Positions 30,604-40,289 are shown, counted from the stretch's first letter. The stretch: DNA of 64,000 nucleotides from an uncultured Planctomycetales bacterium (GCA_964603585.1 CAZRVK010000004.1:128438-192437); one strand, 5' to 3'. Numbers and translations: made by a program. The notes: generated by a model from the letters alone, not told the origin.

Positions 30604-31437
30604 ATGAAAAGGCATATTTTAATTTTATCCTGTATCGTTTTCCTATTATCGGCTAAAGCCTATGCCGCAGCTCGTTATATATCCTTAGCCCCATCTACCA
30701 CAGAGATCCTTTTTGCTTTAGGATTAGAGAAGGAAATAATAGGGGTAAGCAGCCATTGTAACTATCCGCCTGAAGCCTTAAGCAAAGAGGATGTGGGGGA
30801 TTTTAGTTCACCCAATATCGAAAAGATCCTTTTCTTAAAGCCTGATTATATCTTTTGCACTGGGCTGGAGCAAGCCCCGGTTATTGCCCAACTCAAACAA
30901 TTGAACATGAACGTTTATGTTGCTGATCCTCAAACCATCCAGGAAATGTTTTCTTCTATCCTGGATATTGGCCGAATTACCGGATATGAATACAACGCGC
31001 AGATCCTGGTAAAACAAATGAGCGAAGAGTTAGAAGAAATACGGGCTATAACCGTGGCTATCCCTATTCAGGACCGGCCCAAGATATTCATTGAATTCTG
31101 GGATGCCCCATTAATGACCGCAGGAGAAAATTCATTTATTAACGAACTTTTGGATCTGGCAGGCGGGATAAATATCGCCAGTGATCTAAAAAGGCAATAT
31201 AGTGTTTTCAGCCCGGAAGAAGTGATTAAACATAATCCTGATTGCATAATCCTGGCTTATATGCAAAAGAATGATCCAAAAAGAACGGTCGCGGCACGAT
31301 TAGGCTGGAAAGATATCTCTGCGGTGAAAAATAACCGGATATATGACGACATAAACCCTGATCTGTTGCTTAGGCCGGGACCGCGGGTTGTCGAAGGTGT
31401 ACGGCAAATATATGAAAAATGCGTTTTAAGAAAATAA
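30604..31437 (+). CDS. btuF: Periplasmic cobalamin/iron-siderophore binding protein (BtuF-like)
   Basis: Signal peptide. ABC substrate-binding fold typical of BtuF/FhuD. The start is set at 30604 because the 30535 ATG would overlap the riboswitch terminator. Confidence 0.8.
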   Translation: MKRHILILSCIVFLLSAKAYAAARYISLAPSTTEILFALGLEKEIIGVSSHCNYPPEALSKEDVGDFSSPNIEKILFLKPDYIFCTGLEQAPVIAQLKQLNMNVYVADPQTIQEMFSSILDIGRITGYEYNAQILVKQMSEELEEIRAITVAIPIQDRPKIFIEFWDAPLMTAGENSFINELLDLAGGINIASDLKRQYSVFSPEEVIKHNPDCIILAYMQKNDPKRTVAARLGWKDISAVKNNRIYDDINPDLLLRPGPRVVEGVRQIYEKCVLRK

Positions 31438-32372
31438 TCTTTTTGCTTTTGGGCCTGTTGTTGATAGTTCTGTCCGCAGGAATGATTAAAGGCGCGGTAG
31501 ATTTACCTTTAAACAAGCTTTTCCTGGCAGAAAATCAATCAATACTCCATTTACGCTTTTTGCGGGTATTTCTGGCGGTTTTCGCAGGAGCTGGATTATC
31601 TGTATCAGGTATAGTACTGCAGGCGATATTACGCAATTCTTTGGCGGAGCCATATATTTTAGGTACTTCCAGCGGCGCAGGATTAGGGGCAATTGCTGCG
31701 ATCGTCCTTGGGGTTTCCTGGATCTATGTTCCAATGATAGCTTTTACAGGGGCGATCCTAAGCGTTATTTTAGTCTATAATCTCGCCCGGCAGAACAGCT
31801 CGATACCGGACCAGTCATTGATCCTTTCCGGGGTGATCGTTTCGGTTGCGTTTTCCGCATTGATCGTGTTCTTAGTCTCAATATCCCCGGATGAAGCCAT
31901 GCATGGAATGCTTTGGTGGCTGTGGGGAAGTTTTCAAGTCACAAACCCCGGGCTTATTTTTATTGTGTCGTTAATAGTTTTCTGCTCAATATTGATGATT
32001 TATGCCTTTGCCCAGGAATTAAACGCAATAGCTATCGCGGATGAAGAGGCCATTCATTTAGGGATCAATGTCGAGATGGTTAAAAAGATACTAATTGTGG
32101 CCAGTGCAATAATTACGGCAAGCTTAGTTTGTATATCGGGTATCATCGGATTTGTGGGATTGATAATCCCGCATATGGTGCGGTTGGTCTCGGGGTCAAA
32201 CCATAAAACCTTGATCCCTGTGGCATGTATCGGAGGATCGGTATTTATGGTATTTTGCGATCTTATTTCCCGGACTATTTATCCTCCTTTAGAGATCCCC
32301 ATCGGAGTAATTACTGCGATCATCGGATCTCCAGTATTTATTTTTTTATTAAAAAAGAAAAAACGCGATTAA
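31419..32372 (+). CDS. btuC: ABC permease, FecCD/BtuC family
   Basis: About 9-10 TM helices. FecCD-family conservation. Confidence 0.85.
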   Translation: MRFKKIIFLLLGLLLIVLSAGMIKGAVDLPLNKLFLAENQSILHLRFLRVFLAVFAGAGLSVSGIVLQAILRNSLAEPYILGTSSGAGLGAIAAIVLGVSWIYVPMIAFTGAILSVILVYNLARQNSSIPDQSLILSGVIVSVAFSALIVFLVSISPDEAMHGMLWWLWGSFQVTNPGLIFIVSLIVFCSILMIYAFAQELNAIAIADEEAIHLGINVEMVKKILIVASAIITASLVCISGIIGFVGLIIPHMVRLVSGSNHKTLIPVACIGGSVFMVFCDLISRTIYPPLEIPIGVITAIIGSPVFIFLLKKKKRD

Positions 32373-32378
32373 CTTTTT

Positions 32379-33188
32379 ATGCAAAACCATTTAAATAGCA
32401 TACAGCCGATCCTGGAAATAAATGATCTTTCTGGAGGATATTATCATTCCGAGATCATCAGGGATTTCTCATTCAAGGTAAATCCAGGGGATTTTATCGG
32501 TTTTATCGGGCCGAATGGATCGGGAAAAACCACTTTACTGCGCCTTTTAAGCCGAGCCTTGGCTTTTACCAAAGGCAATATCGTTTTTAAAGGACACCCC
32601 GTTAATTCTATAAGTCTAAAAGCATTTGCCCAAAAAGCCGCTTTTGTCCCGCAGGAAACTGCAATAAATTTCCCGTTTTTGGTAGCCGAGATAGTGCTTT
32701 TGGGAAGGATCCCGCATATTAAAAGGATGTACTCCGAAACCCGGCATGATATCCAAATAGCCGAACATGCAATGGAGATCACGGATACTCTGCACCTAAA
32801 GGAAAAAAATATTACAGAGATCAGTTTAGGCGAACGGCAAAGGGTGATCATTGCCAAGGCCATTGCACAGCAGCCTGAATTATTGTTCTTGGATGAACCT
32901 ACCGCCCATCTGGATATCGGGCACCAAATCCAGATACTTGACCTTTTAAAACGATTAAACCGTGATCAAGGACTGACCATTATAATGGCTATCCATGATC
33001 TAAACTTAGCTGGTGCGTATTGTAATCGGATAGTTCTGCTTTCCCGGGGGAAAGTCTTCAAAGAAGGAGATCCCAAGTCTGTTTTGACCTATCAGAATAT
33101 CGAAGCAGTGTATAAAACAATTGTAGTGGTAAAAGACAATCCTCTTAATGATAAACCATATGTTTTGCTGGTTCCCCAGGAGAAATAA
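32379..33188 (+). CDS. btuD: ABC ATP-binding protein (BtuD/FepC-like)
   Basis: GPNGSGKTT, LSLGERQR, LLFLDEPT. Confidence 0.85.
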   Translation: MQNHLNSIQPILEINDLSGGYYHSEIIRDFSFKVNPGDFIGFIGPNGSGKTTLLRLLSRALAFTKGNIVFKGHPVNSISLKAFAQKAAFVPQETAINFPFLVAEIVLLGRIPHIKRMYSETRHDIQIAEHAMEITDTLHLKEKNITEISLGERQRVIIAKAIAQQPELLFLDEPTAHLDIGHQIQILDLLKRLNRDQGLTIIMAIHDLNLAGAYCNRIVLLSRGKVFKEGDPKSVLTYQNIEAVYKTIVVVKDNPLNDKPYVLLVPQEK

Positions 33189-33787
33189 TGGCGACTAAAT
33201 TGATCTTGATCCGCCATGGCCAAACTACCGCTAATCGGCAGAAGAAATACAGCGGGTTCATGGATGTTTGCCTGAATAGCGAAGGGATAAAACAGGTAAG
33301 AAAACTGCATAAGCGGTTTAAAACCGCAAGAGTCGATAAGGTTTACAGCAGTGACCGCAAAAGGGCGGTAGAAAGCGCCCGGATCGTTTTTCAGGATTAC
33401 TCTATTCAAGTAATTAAAGACCTCCGGGAGATGCATTTTGGTGTTTTTGAAGGCCTGACCTATGAACAGATTATGGAAAAATACCCGCGCGCCTTTAAGA
33501 GATGGTTGGACAATCCTTTTAAAAGCAAGATCCCAAAAGGAGAGCACTTAGGGGATTTCCGTAAAAGGGTAGTTCGGGCAATTGAGAGAATAGTTTTTCT
33601 GCATCCCGGTAAAACCGTGGCGGTAGTTTGCCACGGAGGAACGATCAGCATCTTATTAAGCAGTATTTTAAAAGTAAACCGGTTCTGGGAACGGATCCCT
33701 CAATCGGCAAGTTTGACCATAATTGAGTATCGCCGGAGAAAACCCAGGCTAAAGGTTTTCAACGATACACTTCATTTGAGCAAATGA
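33188..33787 (+). CDS. cobC: Alpha-ribazole phosphatase / histidine phosphatase family (CobC)
   Basis: LIRHGQT RHG motif. Phosphoglycerate-mutase-like fold. Context within cob genes. Confidence 0.75.
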   Translation: MATKLILIRHGQTTANRQKKYSGFMDVCLNSEGIKQVRKLHKRFKTARVDKVYSSDRKRAVESARIVFQDYSIQVIKDLREMHFGVFEGLTYEQIMEKYPRAFKRWLDNPFKSKIPKGEHLGDFRKRVVRAIERIVFLHPGKTVAVVCHGGTISILLSSILKVNRFWERIPQSASLTIIEYRRRKPRLKVFNDTLHLSK

Positions 33788-34326
33788 GTAAAATCACCTT
33801 TATTTTAGGCGGAGCTAAAAGCGGTAAAAGTACTTTTGCCGTAAAACTCGCCTTGCGATATCGCAAAGTCGCCTTTATCGCTACCGCCAAAGCGCTGGAT
33901 AAGGAAATGCAATCAAGGATTGCCCGACACCGGGAGTGCCGGCCTTCGCATTGGAAGACTTTTGAGGAGGACATAGAAATCGCAAATATCTTTGATAAAA
34001 TACATCCTGAATTTGATTGTTTGGTGATTGACTGCCTAACCCTGTGGGTCTCGAATTTGCTTTTAGCTAAAATCCCACCGCTGTTAATCGAAGAAAGGGC
34101 CCGGCAATTGCTTAAAAGCTTGAACCTTACCAAAAGCAGGGTGATTATTGTCTCAAACGAGGTCGGTTTAGGAATAGTCCCGGCTAATAAGCTGGCCCGA
34201 GGTTTTAGGGATATTTCCGGGAGTGTGAACCAAATAGTTGCTAAAATGGCGGATGAGGTCTATTTTATGGTTTCTGGCATTCCTTCCCGGATCAAAAATA
34301 ATAAAATAAAGCATGGAGATAATTAA
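33784..34326 (+). CDS. cobU: Adenosylcobinamide kinase / adenosylcobinamide-phosphate guanylyltransferase
   Basis: ILGGAKSGKSTFA P-loop. CobU/CobP size. Confidence 0.85.
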   Translation: MSKITFILGGAKSGKSTFAVKLALRYRKVAFIATAKALDKEMQSRIARHRECRPSHWKTFEEDIEIANIFDKIHPEFDCLVIDCLTLWVSNLLLAKIPPLLIEERARQLLKSLNLTKSRVIIVSNEVGLGIVPANKLARGFRDISGSVNQIVAKMADEVYFMVSGIPSRIKNNKIKHGDN

Positions 34327-35384
34327 TGGATAAAATCCTGGCGGTCACAAAAAAGATATCAACCTTAGATACCAAAGCAATGGCCAAGACACAGAAACAC
34401 CTGGATAGTTTAACCAAACCACAAGGGAGTTTGGGCAGATTAGAAGAATTAGCGAAACAAATCAGCGGAATTACCGGTAAGATCAAGCCACAGATCAAAA
34501 ATATAGTTATTTTTACGCTGGCGGCTGACCATGGAGTTACTGATGAAGGAGTCAGTGCTTATCCTAAAAAGGTTACCGCGCAGATGGTGTACAATTTCTT
34601 GAATGGCACTGCCGGAATAAATGTCCTGGCAAAACATATCGGAGCTAAAGTGGTAGTAGCTGATCTTGGAGTTGCCGAAAAGATAATATCCCGTAAATCC
34701 TGTTTTGTTGATAAAAAAATCGCTTTTGGCACAAAAAATATGTTTCTTGGCCCGGCAATGACCCGAGAAGAAGCGCTTAAGTCAATTTACGCCGGCATCG
34801 AGATCTTTGAAGAAGAACTTAAAAAAGGCATGGATATAATCGGCACAGGAGAAATGGGGATTGGCAACACGACATCCTCCAGTTGTATTACTGCGGTTTT
34901 TACAAACAAACCGGTTGAAAGTGTTACGGCACAAGGGGCCGGGTTGCATTCTCAAGCAATGAAGAACAAAATAAAAGTGATAAAAAAAGCTTTGCGGCTG
35001 AATAAGCCAGATTCTAAAGACCCAATAGATGTTTTAGCCAAAGTCGGAGGGTTTGAGATCGCCGGGTTAGTGGGAATAATCCTGGCGGCTGCCGCACACA
35101 AGGTCCCGGTAGTAATCGACGGCTTTATTTCTTCCGCTGCAGCATTAATTGCTTTTCATATCAAACCTAAAGTAAAAGAGTATATGATCGCTTCTCACTG
35201 TTCCGCAGAAATCGGGCACAAGGTGATTTTAAAACATATTGGCCTTAACCCGCTTTTAAGCCTGGACTTACGCCTTGGTGAAGGCACGGGTGCGGCTTTA
35301 GGGATTAGTTTGGCCCAGACAGCAGTAAAGGTTTTATCAGAAATGGCTACTTTTAAAAGTGCGCACGTTTCACAAAAGATATAA
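34326..35384 (+). CDS. cobT: Nicotinate-nucleotide--dimethylbenzimidazole phosphoribosyltransferase
   Basis: CobT family length and motifs (GEMGIGNTT, GEGTGAA). Confidence 0.85.
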   Translation: MDKILAVTKKISTLDTKAMAKTQKHLDSLTKPQGSLGRLEELAKQISGITGKIKPQIKNIVIFTLAADHGVTDEGVSAYPKKVTAQMVYNFLNGTAGINVLAKHIGAKVVVADLGVAEKIISRKSCFVDKKIAFGTKNMFLGPAMTREEALKSIYAGIEIFEEELKKGMDIIGTGEMGIGNTTSSSCITAVFTNKPVESVTAQGAGLHSQAMKNKIKVIKKALRLNKPDSKDPIDVLAKVGGFEIAGLVGIILAAAAHKVPVVIDGFISSAAALIAFHIKPKVKEYMIASHCSAEIGHKVILKHIGLNPLLSLDLRLGEGTGAALGISLAQTAVKVLSEMATFKSAHVSQKI

Positions 35385-35386
35385 AA

Positions 35387-36133
35387 ATGCCTGATTTCCT
35401 GATTGCACTGCAATTTTTGACCGCGATTCCGGTCAAATCGCGAAAATTCGATGAAAAATCATTTGCCCGGTCGGTAATCTATTTCCCGGCAGTCGGCTTA
35501 TTGCTTGCCGGTATTTTATCCTGTCTGAATGTTTTTCTCGAGTTTCTTTTACTACCGCAGCTTTCAATTGCTATTTTACTGGTAGTTTCCCTGGCCATAC
35601 TCACCGCAGGGATCCATTTGGATGGTTTGTCTGACTCATTTGACGCGCTTTTAAGCCAACGCCCCAAAGATGAAATGCTTGAGATTATGCGTGATCACCA
35701 TGCTGGGGTAATGGGCGTTTTAGGCATGTTTTGCGTATTGCTTTTAAAAATTGCCTTTATCCTGGCTTTATCAGGAGAGTTTAAATTTTATGGCTTGTTC
35801 TTAATGTGCATTTTAAGCCGTTGGGCAATGGTTTTTTTAATGTTTCTATTCCCTTATGCACGAAAAGCCGGCAAAGCCAAAACCATGATTGAAGGCGCAA
35901 AATTACGCAGAATAGTGTTTTCTTCGGCCCTGGCATTAATCTTTTCCACTATAGTTTCAGGATATCTGGCGCTGGTTATTTTCGTCACGCTCGGCGCGTT
36001 TGTGGCATTAGTCGGTAGATTTATTACAAACCGGATCGGCGGAATAACCGGAGATATTATCGGCGCAGTATCAGAGCTTAGTGAGGTTTTGGTTTTATTC
36101 ATGGTATACGTCTTAGAAAGAGGTTCTTTATGA
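35387..36133 (+). CDS. cobS: Adenosylcobinamide-GDP ribazoletransferase (cobalamin synthase)
   Basis: Polytopic membrane protein with CobS family motifs (GGITGD). Confidence 0.85.
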   Translation: MPDFLIALQFLTAIPVKSRKFDEKSFARSVIYFPAVGLLLAGILSCLNVFLEFLLLPQLSIAILLVVSLAILTAGIHLDGLSDSFDALLSQRPKDEMLEIMRDHHAGVMGVLGMFCVLLLKIAFILALSGEFKFYGLFLMCILSRWAMVFLMFLFPYARKAGKAKTMIEGAKLRRIVFSSALALIFSTIVSGYLALVIFVTLGAFVALVGRFITNRIGGITGDIIGAVSELSEVLVLFMVYVLERGSL

Positions 36134-36819
36134 GCAGTAAGATCGCTGTTTCGTCCTGGAGCGGAGGCAAAGATGGATGTCTTGCCTATTATAAGGCCAT
36201 ACAAAAAGGGGTTGAGGTAAAGTCGCTTTTAAACTTTGTTTCAAAAGAATCCAAGCGTGGATGTTTCCATGGGTTAGAATCCCAGATATTAAAACTCCAG
36301 GCAGAACTTATCGGGGTCCCGCTCGCGCAAAAGGAGGTGACCGCGGATATGAATAAATATGAAGAAGAATTCAAAGAAGCGGTCAATGAATTCATCCTGC
36401 AGGGAGTAAATTCCATGGTCTTTGGAGATATATATCTGCAGGAACACCAAAGCTGGGTTGATCGGGTATGCCATGATTTGAATATTCAACCGATCGAACC
36501 TTTATGGCAGGCGCCTGCGGAAGATGTTATTGATGAGTTCCTTGATTCAGGTTTTACTGCGATTGTGGTTAGCGCTAAAGCAGATATTATGGGAAAAGAA
36601 TTCCTTGGCCGCTCCATATCCAGGGAATTGGCGAGGGAGCTGAAACAAAAAGGGGTTTGCCCTTGTGGAGAGAAAGGAGAGTTTCATACTTTAGTCGTGG
36701 ATGGCCCGATATTCTCTAAACGCATCGAGATAACCGAAGCAATCCCGGTATTAAAGAATGGTTTTTGGCAACACTGGTTTTTAGATATCCGGCAATATAA
36801 ACAAGTCGATAAAAATTAG
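36130..36819 (+). CDS. PP-loop ATP pyrophosphatase of the Dph6/MJ0570 (COG2102-like) family, translationally coupled to cobS
   Basis: SWSGGKDG PP-loop and GEKGEFHTLVVDGP motif, resembling the Dph6 SGGKDS and EGGEYET motifs. ATGA overlap with the cobS stop. Confidence 0.7.
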   Translation: MSSKIAVSSWSGGKDGCLAYYKAIQKGVEVKSLLNFVSKESKRGCFHGLESQILKLQAELIGVPLAQKEVTADMNKYEEEFKEAVNEFILQGVNSMVFGDIYLQEHQSWVDRVCHDLNIQPIEPLWQAPAEDVIDEFLDSGFTAIVVSAKADIMGKEFLGRSISRELARELKQKGVCPCGEKGEFHTLVVDGPIFSKRIEITEAIPVLKNGFWQHWFLDIRQYKQVDKN

Positions 36820-36824
36820 TTCTC

Positions 36825-36860
36825 CGAACTGATGAAGGAATTCCTGGTATAATCCCAGGA
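36825..36860 (+). promoter_or_regulatory. Extended -10 promoter (TGgTATAAT) embedded in a hairpin
   Basis: TATAAT at 36848-36853 with TG at 36845-36846. Inverted repeat TCCTGG (36842-36847) / CCAGGA (36855-36860). Weak -35. Confidence 0.35.
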
Positions 36861-36957
36861 GCTGCCCTGCAACGGTAATGTTAGTCCAAACTAAACGAGC
36901 CCGGTCGATCATCGGTTTTGGAAAAGTACCTTCTGGGGAAGGGAAAGGGATATTCAA

Positions 36958-38796
36958 ATGAAGAATAAATTTTTCATTCTGTTTCTTTTAGCAAGATTGT
37001 TTTTCGTTACCGTAAGTCTTCAGGCGCAAAATATCGAATTAGACGAGATCGTAGTTACTCCCAGCCGAATAGAACAAAGTAGCCGTGATAGTGCCCGTAA
37101 GGTAGATATAATTACTGCCCTTGATATTGAACAATCCCAATCCGGTGACCTGGGAGAAGCCTTGAATAAGATCAATGTACTCGATATCAGTAATTATGGC
37201 GGGCCGGGAGCAACACGGCACTTACGGATGCGCGGGTCAACCGATGCACAGGTCCTGGTTTTAATTGACGGCCGTCCAATGAACAGCCCAAGAGATGGTG
37301 CGGTGGATTTAAGCTTGATACCCATGGATAATGTTTCGCGGGTCGAGGTCATGCATGGTGCGGGATCCAGCTTATATGGCACAAGTGCCATGGGAGGGAC
37401 AGTCAATATAATTACAAAGAGCCCGCCCAAAAGCGGTCAGAAAACCGAGGTTTTTTCAAGTTTTGGGACTTTCCGTACTTACAATGAACGGCTTTCCCAA
37501 GGCGCCCGTTTAAAACAACTTGCTTATCTTCTGACTCTTGGATATCAAAGTTCGCAAGGTTTCCGCGCAAATTCCGAATTAAACCAAAAGGATTTTAATG
37601 CTAAATTCGAGTATGACCTTAACGAATGCAATAAATTAAGCGTAAACAGCGGATTCTTTAACAGCTTTACCGGTGCCAGAGGCCCAATTAGCGCCCCGGA
37701 CACTGATGATAAACAAAAAAACCTTAAGAATTTCGTCGATCTGAACTGGAGTTTTAAACCGGAACTAACCTCTGAATTTAAGGCCAGGATATATAATAAT
37801 TATGACCGGCTTGAGTTCATCGAGAATTCCGCGGGGTCAATATTCGATATCCCCCTTAGTAAAAGTACCCATACCACCAAGGTAAAGGGAAGCGATCTCC
37901 AGTTAAACAAGAAATTCACCGAATTTTATCAATTGATCTGCGGTTTGAATTATGTCTCCAACCTTAACGATAGCACCAGTTCAGCAAAGCATAAATATGA
38001 CGTTAAGGCAGGGTATTTGAATAATGAATTCGATTTGTTCAGGAAATTAAAGATCTCGCTTAGCGGACGAGTTGATGATTATTCTAATTTTGGCACTGAA
38101 TTCAACCCAAGTTTTAGCTTCCTTTACCGTTTTCTCAATGACAATACGGTGCACGGAGTAGTCAGCCGTTCTTTTCGCGCCCCGACATTCAATGACCTTT
38201 ATTGGCCGGATGAAGGCTGGGCCCGGGGCAACCCGGATATAAAACCAGAAAAAGGCATAACCGCAGAACTTGGTTTCGATCTTAAGATTAATAAATATAT
38301 CCTGACCGGGATCACCTATTACCGGAATAAATACAGCCAATTAATCAATTGGGCAGAAGAGGCCGGTGTCTGGCAGCCGAGAAATGTCGGTTCTGCGGTA
38401 ATCGATGGGATTGAATTAGAAAGCCAGTTTTTCATATCCGAACATATCCAGGCCAATTTGGGGTACACCTTTTTAAGGGCAATCGATGAAAAGCTCCATA
38501 AAGAGCTGATATACCAGCCAAAGAACAAAGTGGATTTTTCTCTTAAGTATAAACTACCGGGTAATTTTAGTTTTGAAGTAAAAACGCAGTTTACCGGACA
38601 AAGATACCATGATGCGGCAAATACCGTAAAGGTAAAGCCTTTTTTCGTGATGGGGTTTAATTTGTCAAAGAAATTCCGCCAACACTTTACATATTATATG
38701 ACCGTAGATAACCTTTTAGCGAAAAAGTACCAGGTTATCCGTGATTATCCTATGCCGGGGTTTTCCATTACTAACGGCATTAAATGCGAATTTTAG
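36958..38796 (+). CDS. TonB-dependent outer membrane receptor (BtuB-like candidate)
   Basis: Signal peptide. TonB box DEIVVT. Plug domain. C-terminal beta-barrel ending ...IKCEF (terminal Phe). Confidence 0.85.
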   Translation: MKNKFFILFLLARLFFVTVSLQAQNIELDEIVVTPSRIEQSSRDSARKVDIITALDIEQSQSGDLGEALNKINVLDISNYGGPGATRHLRMRGSTDAQVLVLIDGRPMNSPRDGAVDLSLIPMDNVSRVEVMHGAGSSLYGTSAMGGTVNIITKSPPKSGQKTEVFSSFGTFRTYNERLSQGARLKQLAYLLTLGYQSSQGFRANSELNQKDFNAKFEYDLNECNKLSVNSGFFNSFTGARGPISAPDTDDKQKNLKNFVDLNWSFKPELTSEFKARIYNNYDRLEFIENSAGSIFDIPLSKSTHTTKVKGSDLQLNKKFTEFYQLICGLNYVSNLNDSTSSAKHKYDVKAGYLNNEFDLFRKLKISLSGRVDDYSNFGTEFNPSFSFLYRFLNDNTVHGVVSRSFRAPTFNDLYWPDEGWARGNPDIKPEKGITAELGFDLKINKYILTGITYYRNKYSQLINWAEEAGVWQPRNVGSAVIDGIELESQFFISEHIQANLGYTFLRAIDEKLHKELIYQPKNKVDFSLKYKLPGNFSFEVKTQFTGQRYHDAANTVKVKPFFVMGFNLSKKFRQHFTYYMTVDNLLAKKYQVIRDYPMPGFSITNGIKCEF

Positions 38797-38813
38797 CTTT
38801 TGATCAGTAAGAA

Positions 38814-38842
38814 AAAGGGGAGGGGAATATACCCTCCCCTTT
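38814..38842 (+). terminator. Strong 11-bp hairpin (possible terminator) after the TonB-dependent receptor
   Basis: AAAGGGGAGGG, 7-nt loop, CCCTCCCCTTT. No long U tract follows. Confidence 0.4.
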
Positions 38843-38875
38843 ACGATATAAAGGTCTTGATAGAGGCGTTTATTT

Positions 38876-39595
38876 ATGCTAAATTTATTCACTATGAAAT
38901 ACAGAAGCTTACTTTTAAAGACATTGCTTGTTTCTTTAATACTGCACCTGGTTGTTTTATCGCAAAAATCGGGATTCCACCTTTTATTCCGTGGGATAAA
39001 GGATAAAACACCCCAACTCAAATATGTAAAATCCGATCCCCCTTCAAACAATCATGAAAAAAAGATGCCGGCGCACCGTGACCAGGAGCAATTCCTTAAA
39101 CTTCCCTCAAAGATTACGATCAACGATCAAATCCCCCCGCAATTTTCCAGTGAGGAGAGAAATGATATCCGGGTCAAAAGCCAGGAGATATTATTGGCTG
39201 ATTCCGCGGTCAATAAGCCGGCTTTTATAAAAGCGGTTAACAGCGGATCCAGTGTCCTTAAAAAGACCATCTCCCTTCCACCGATAGATATGGATAAAAG
39301 CGGCAATCCTTCTTATATAAGCTACTATCAGATCGTGCGCGAGAAGATCCGGCGCTCTGCTTATCAAAACCATAACCGGAATGAAGAAGGAGAGGTGTAT
39401 CTTTCATTCATTGTATCCAGTGACGGTGCGCTTAAAGCTGTCAAAGTAATTGAAGAAAAATCCTTGTTGACGCCATATCTTAGGGAAACCGCTTTGCGCA
39501 GTATAAATCAAGCCACTCCTTTTCCGGATTTTCCCAAGGAATTAAATTACCCGCAACTGTCATTTAATGTCCTGATCTCCTTTAAATTGGAGTAA
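38876..39595 (+). CDS. tonB: Energy transducer TonB
   Basis: N-terminal TM helix. Pro/Gln-containing spacer. C-terminal TonB domain (EGEVYLSFIVSSDGAL). Confidence 0.7.
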   Translation: MLNLFTMKYRSLLLKTLLVSLILHLVVLSQKSGFHLLFRGIKDKTPQLKYVKSDPPSNNHEKKMPAHRDQEQFLKLPSKITINDQIPPQFSSEERNDIRVKSQEILLADSAVNKPAFIKAVNSGSSVLKKTISLPPIDMDKSGNPSYISYYQIVREKIRRSAYQNHNRNEEGEVYLSFIVSSDGALKAVKVIEEKSLLTPYLRETALRSINQATPFPDFPKELNYPQLSFNVLISFKLE

Positions 39596-39645
39596 TCCAG
39601 CACCTTTAAAACCCCAAAAAGACCCGGAAAAAGAAAGCGCTTACC

Positions 39646-39674
39646 TTGACACTAAGTTATGTATATGCTATACT
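39646..39674 (+). promoter_or_regulatory. Sigma-70-type promoter: TTGACA, 17-nt spacer, TATACT
   Basis: TTGACA at 39646-39651, TATACT at 39669-39674. An AAAGGAA RBS precedes ATG 39711. Confidence 0.55.
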
Positions 39675-39710
39675 TTACGATATTTTGGATTATAATCAGA
39701 AAGGAACCCT

Positions 39711-40289
39711 ATGGAGCAAAATATCTTAGCGCAATTGAAGTGGTTTGACATTTTTCTGATCATATTATTCTTGCGGATTTGTTACATTGCGATGAATACC
39801 GGGGTTGCCATTGAGGCCTTTAAGCTTGCCGGCACAATGTGCGCAGTTTATCTGTCTTTTCATTATTACACGAATTTAGCTGATTTTGCTATTCACCGCC
39901 TGGCGTTAGAAGCTATCCCCCTGGATTTCATGAACTTCATTGCTTTTGTGTTCCTGGCATCCGCCGGTTACCTGATTTTTGTCGGGTTTCGCCTGATTTT
40001 CATGAGACTGATCAAACTGGAAACGATCTCATTCTTAAATCGCTGGGGTGGCCTGCTTCTGGGAGGATTGCGGGGGACATTATTGATCAGTATTTTAGCC
40101 TATGCGGTTTTTATTTCTACGATCACTTACCTGGCGGATAGTGTCAAAAGCGCGGCTTTAAACCAAAGCATTATTTCAATTGCCCCCAACACTTACCGGG
40201 CAATGTGGAACAGTGTTTTCTCTAAATTCTCGGCAAATGAAGGGTATAACCCCAACATTCAAGAAACCGAAAACAGCCTTTTAAACTAA
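39711..40289 (+). CDS. cvpA: CvpA family (colicin V production) membrane protein
   Basis: N-terminus LAQLKWFDIFLIILFLRICYIAMNTGV is typical of CvpA. Four TM helices. Confidence 0.75.
   Translation: MEQNILAQLKWFDIFLIILFLRICYIAMNTGVAIEAFKLAGTMCAVYLSFHYYTNLADFAIHRLALEAIPLDFMNFIAFVFLASAGYLIFVGFRLIFMRLIKLETISFLNRWGGLLLGGLRGTLLISILAYAVFISTITYLADSVKSAALNQSIISIAPNTYRAMWNSVFSKFSANEGYNPNIQETENSLLN

Noticed and set aside
36820-36957. Possible second cobalamin riboswitch upstream of the TonB-dependent receptor
   Set aside because: The region has no B12 box (GCCACTG) and no GGGAA/GGTGAAA core. It is only ~130 nt and is better explained as a promoter plus hairpin.
38800-39006. Small + strand ORF between the TonB-dependent receptor and tonB
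   Set aside because: It begins inside the hairpin terminator and overlaps the tonB start region. It is probably not coding.
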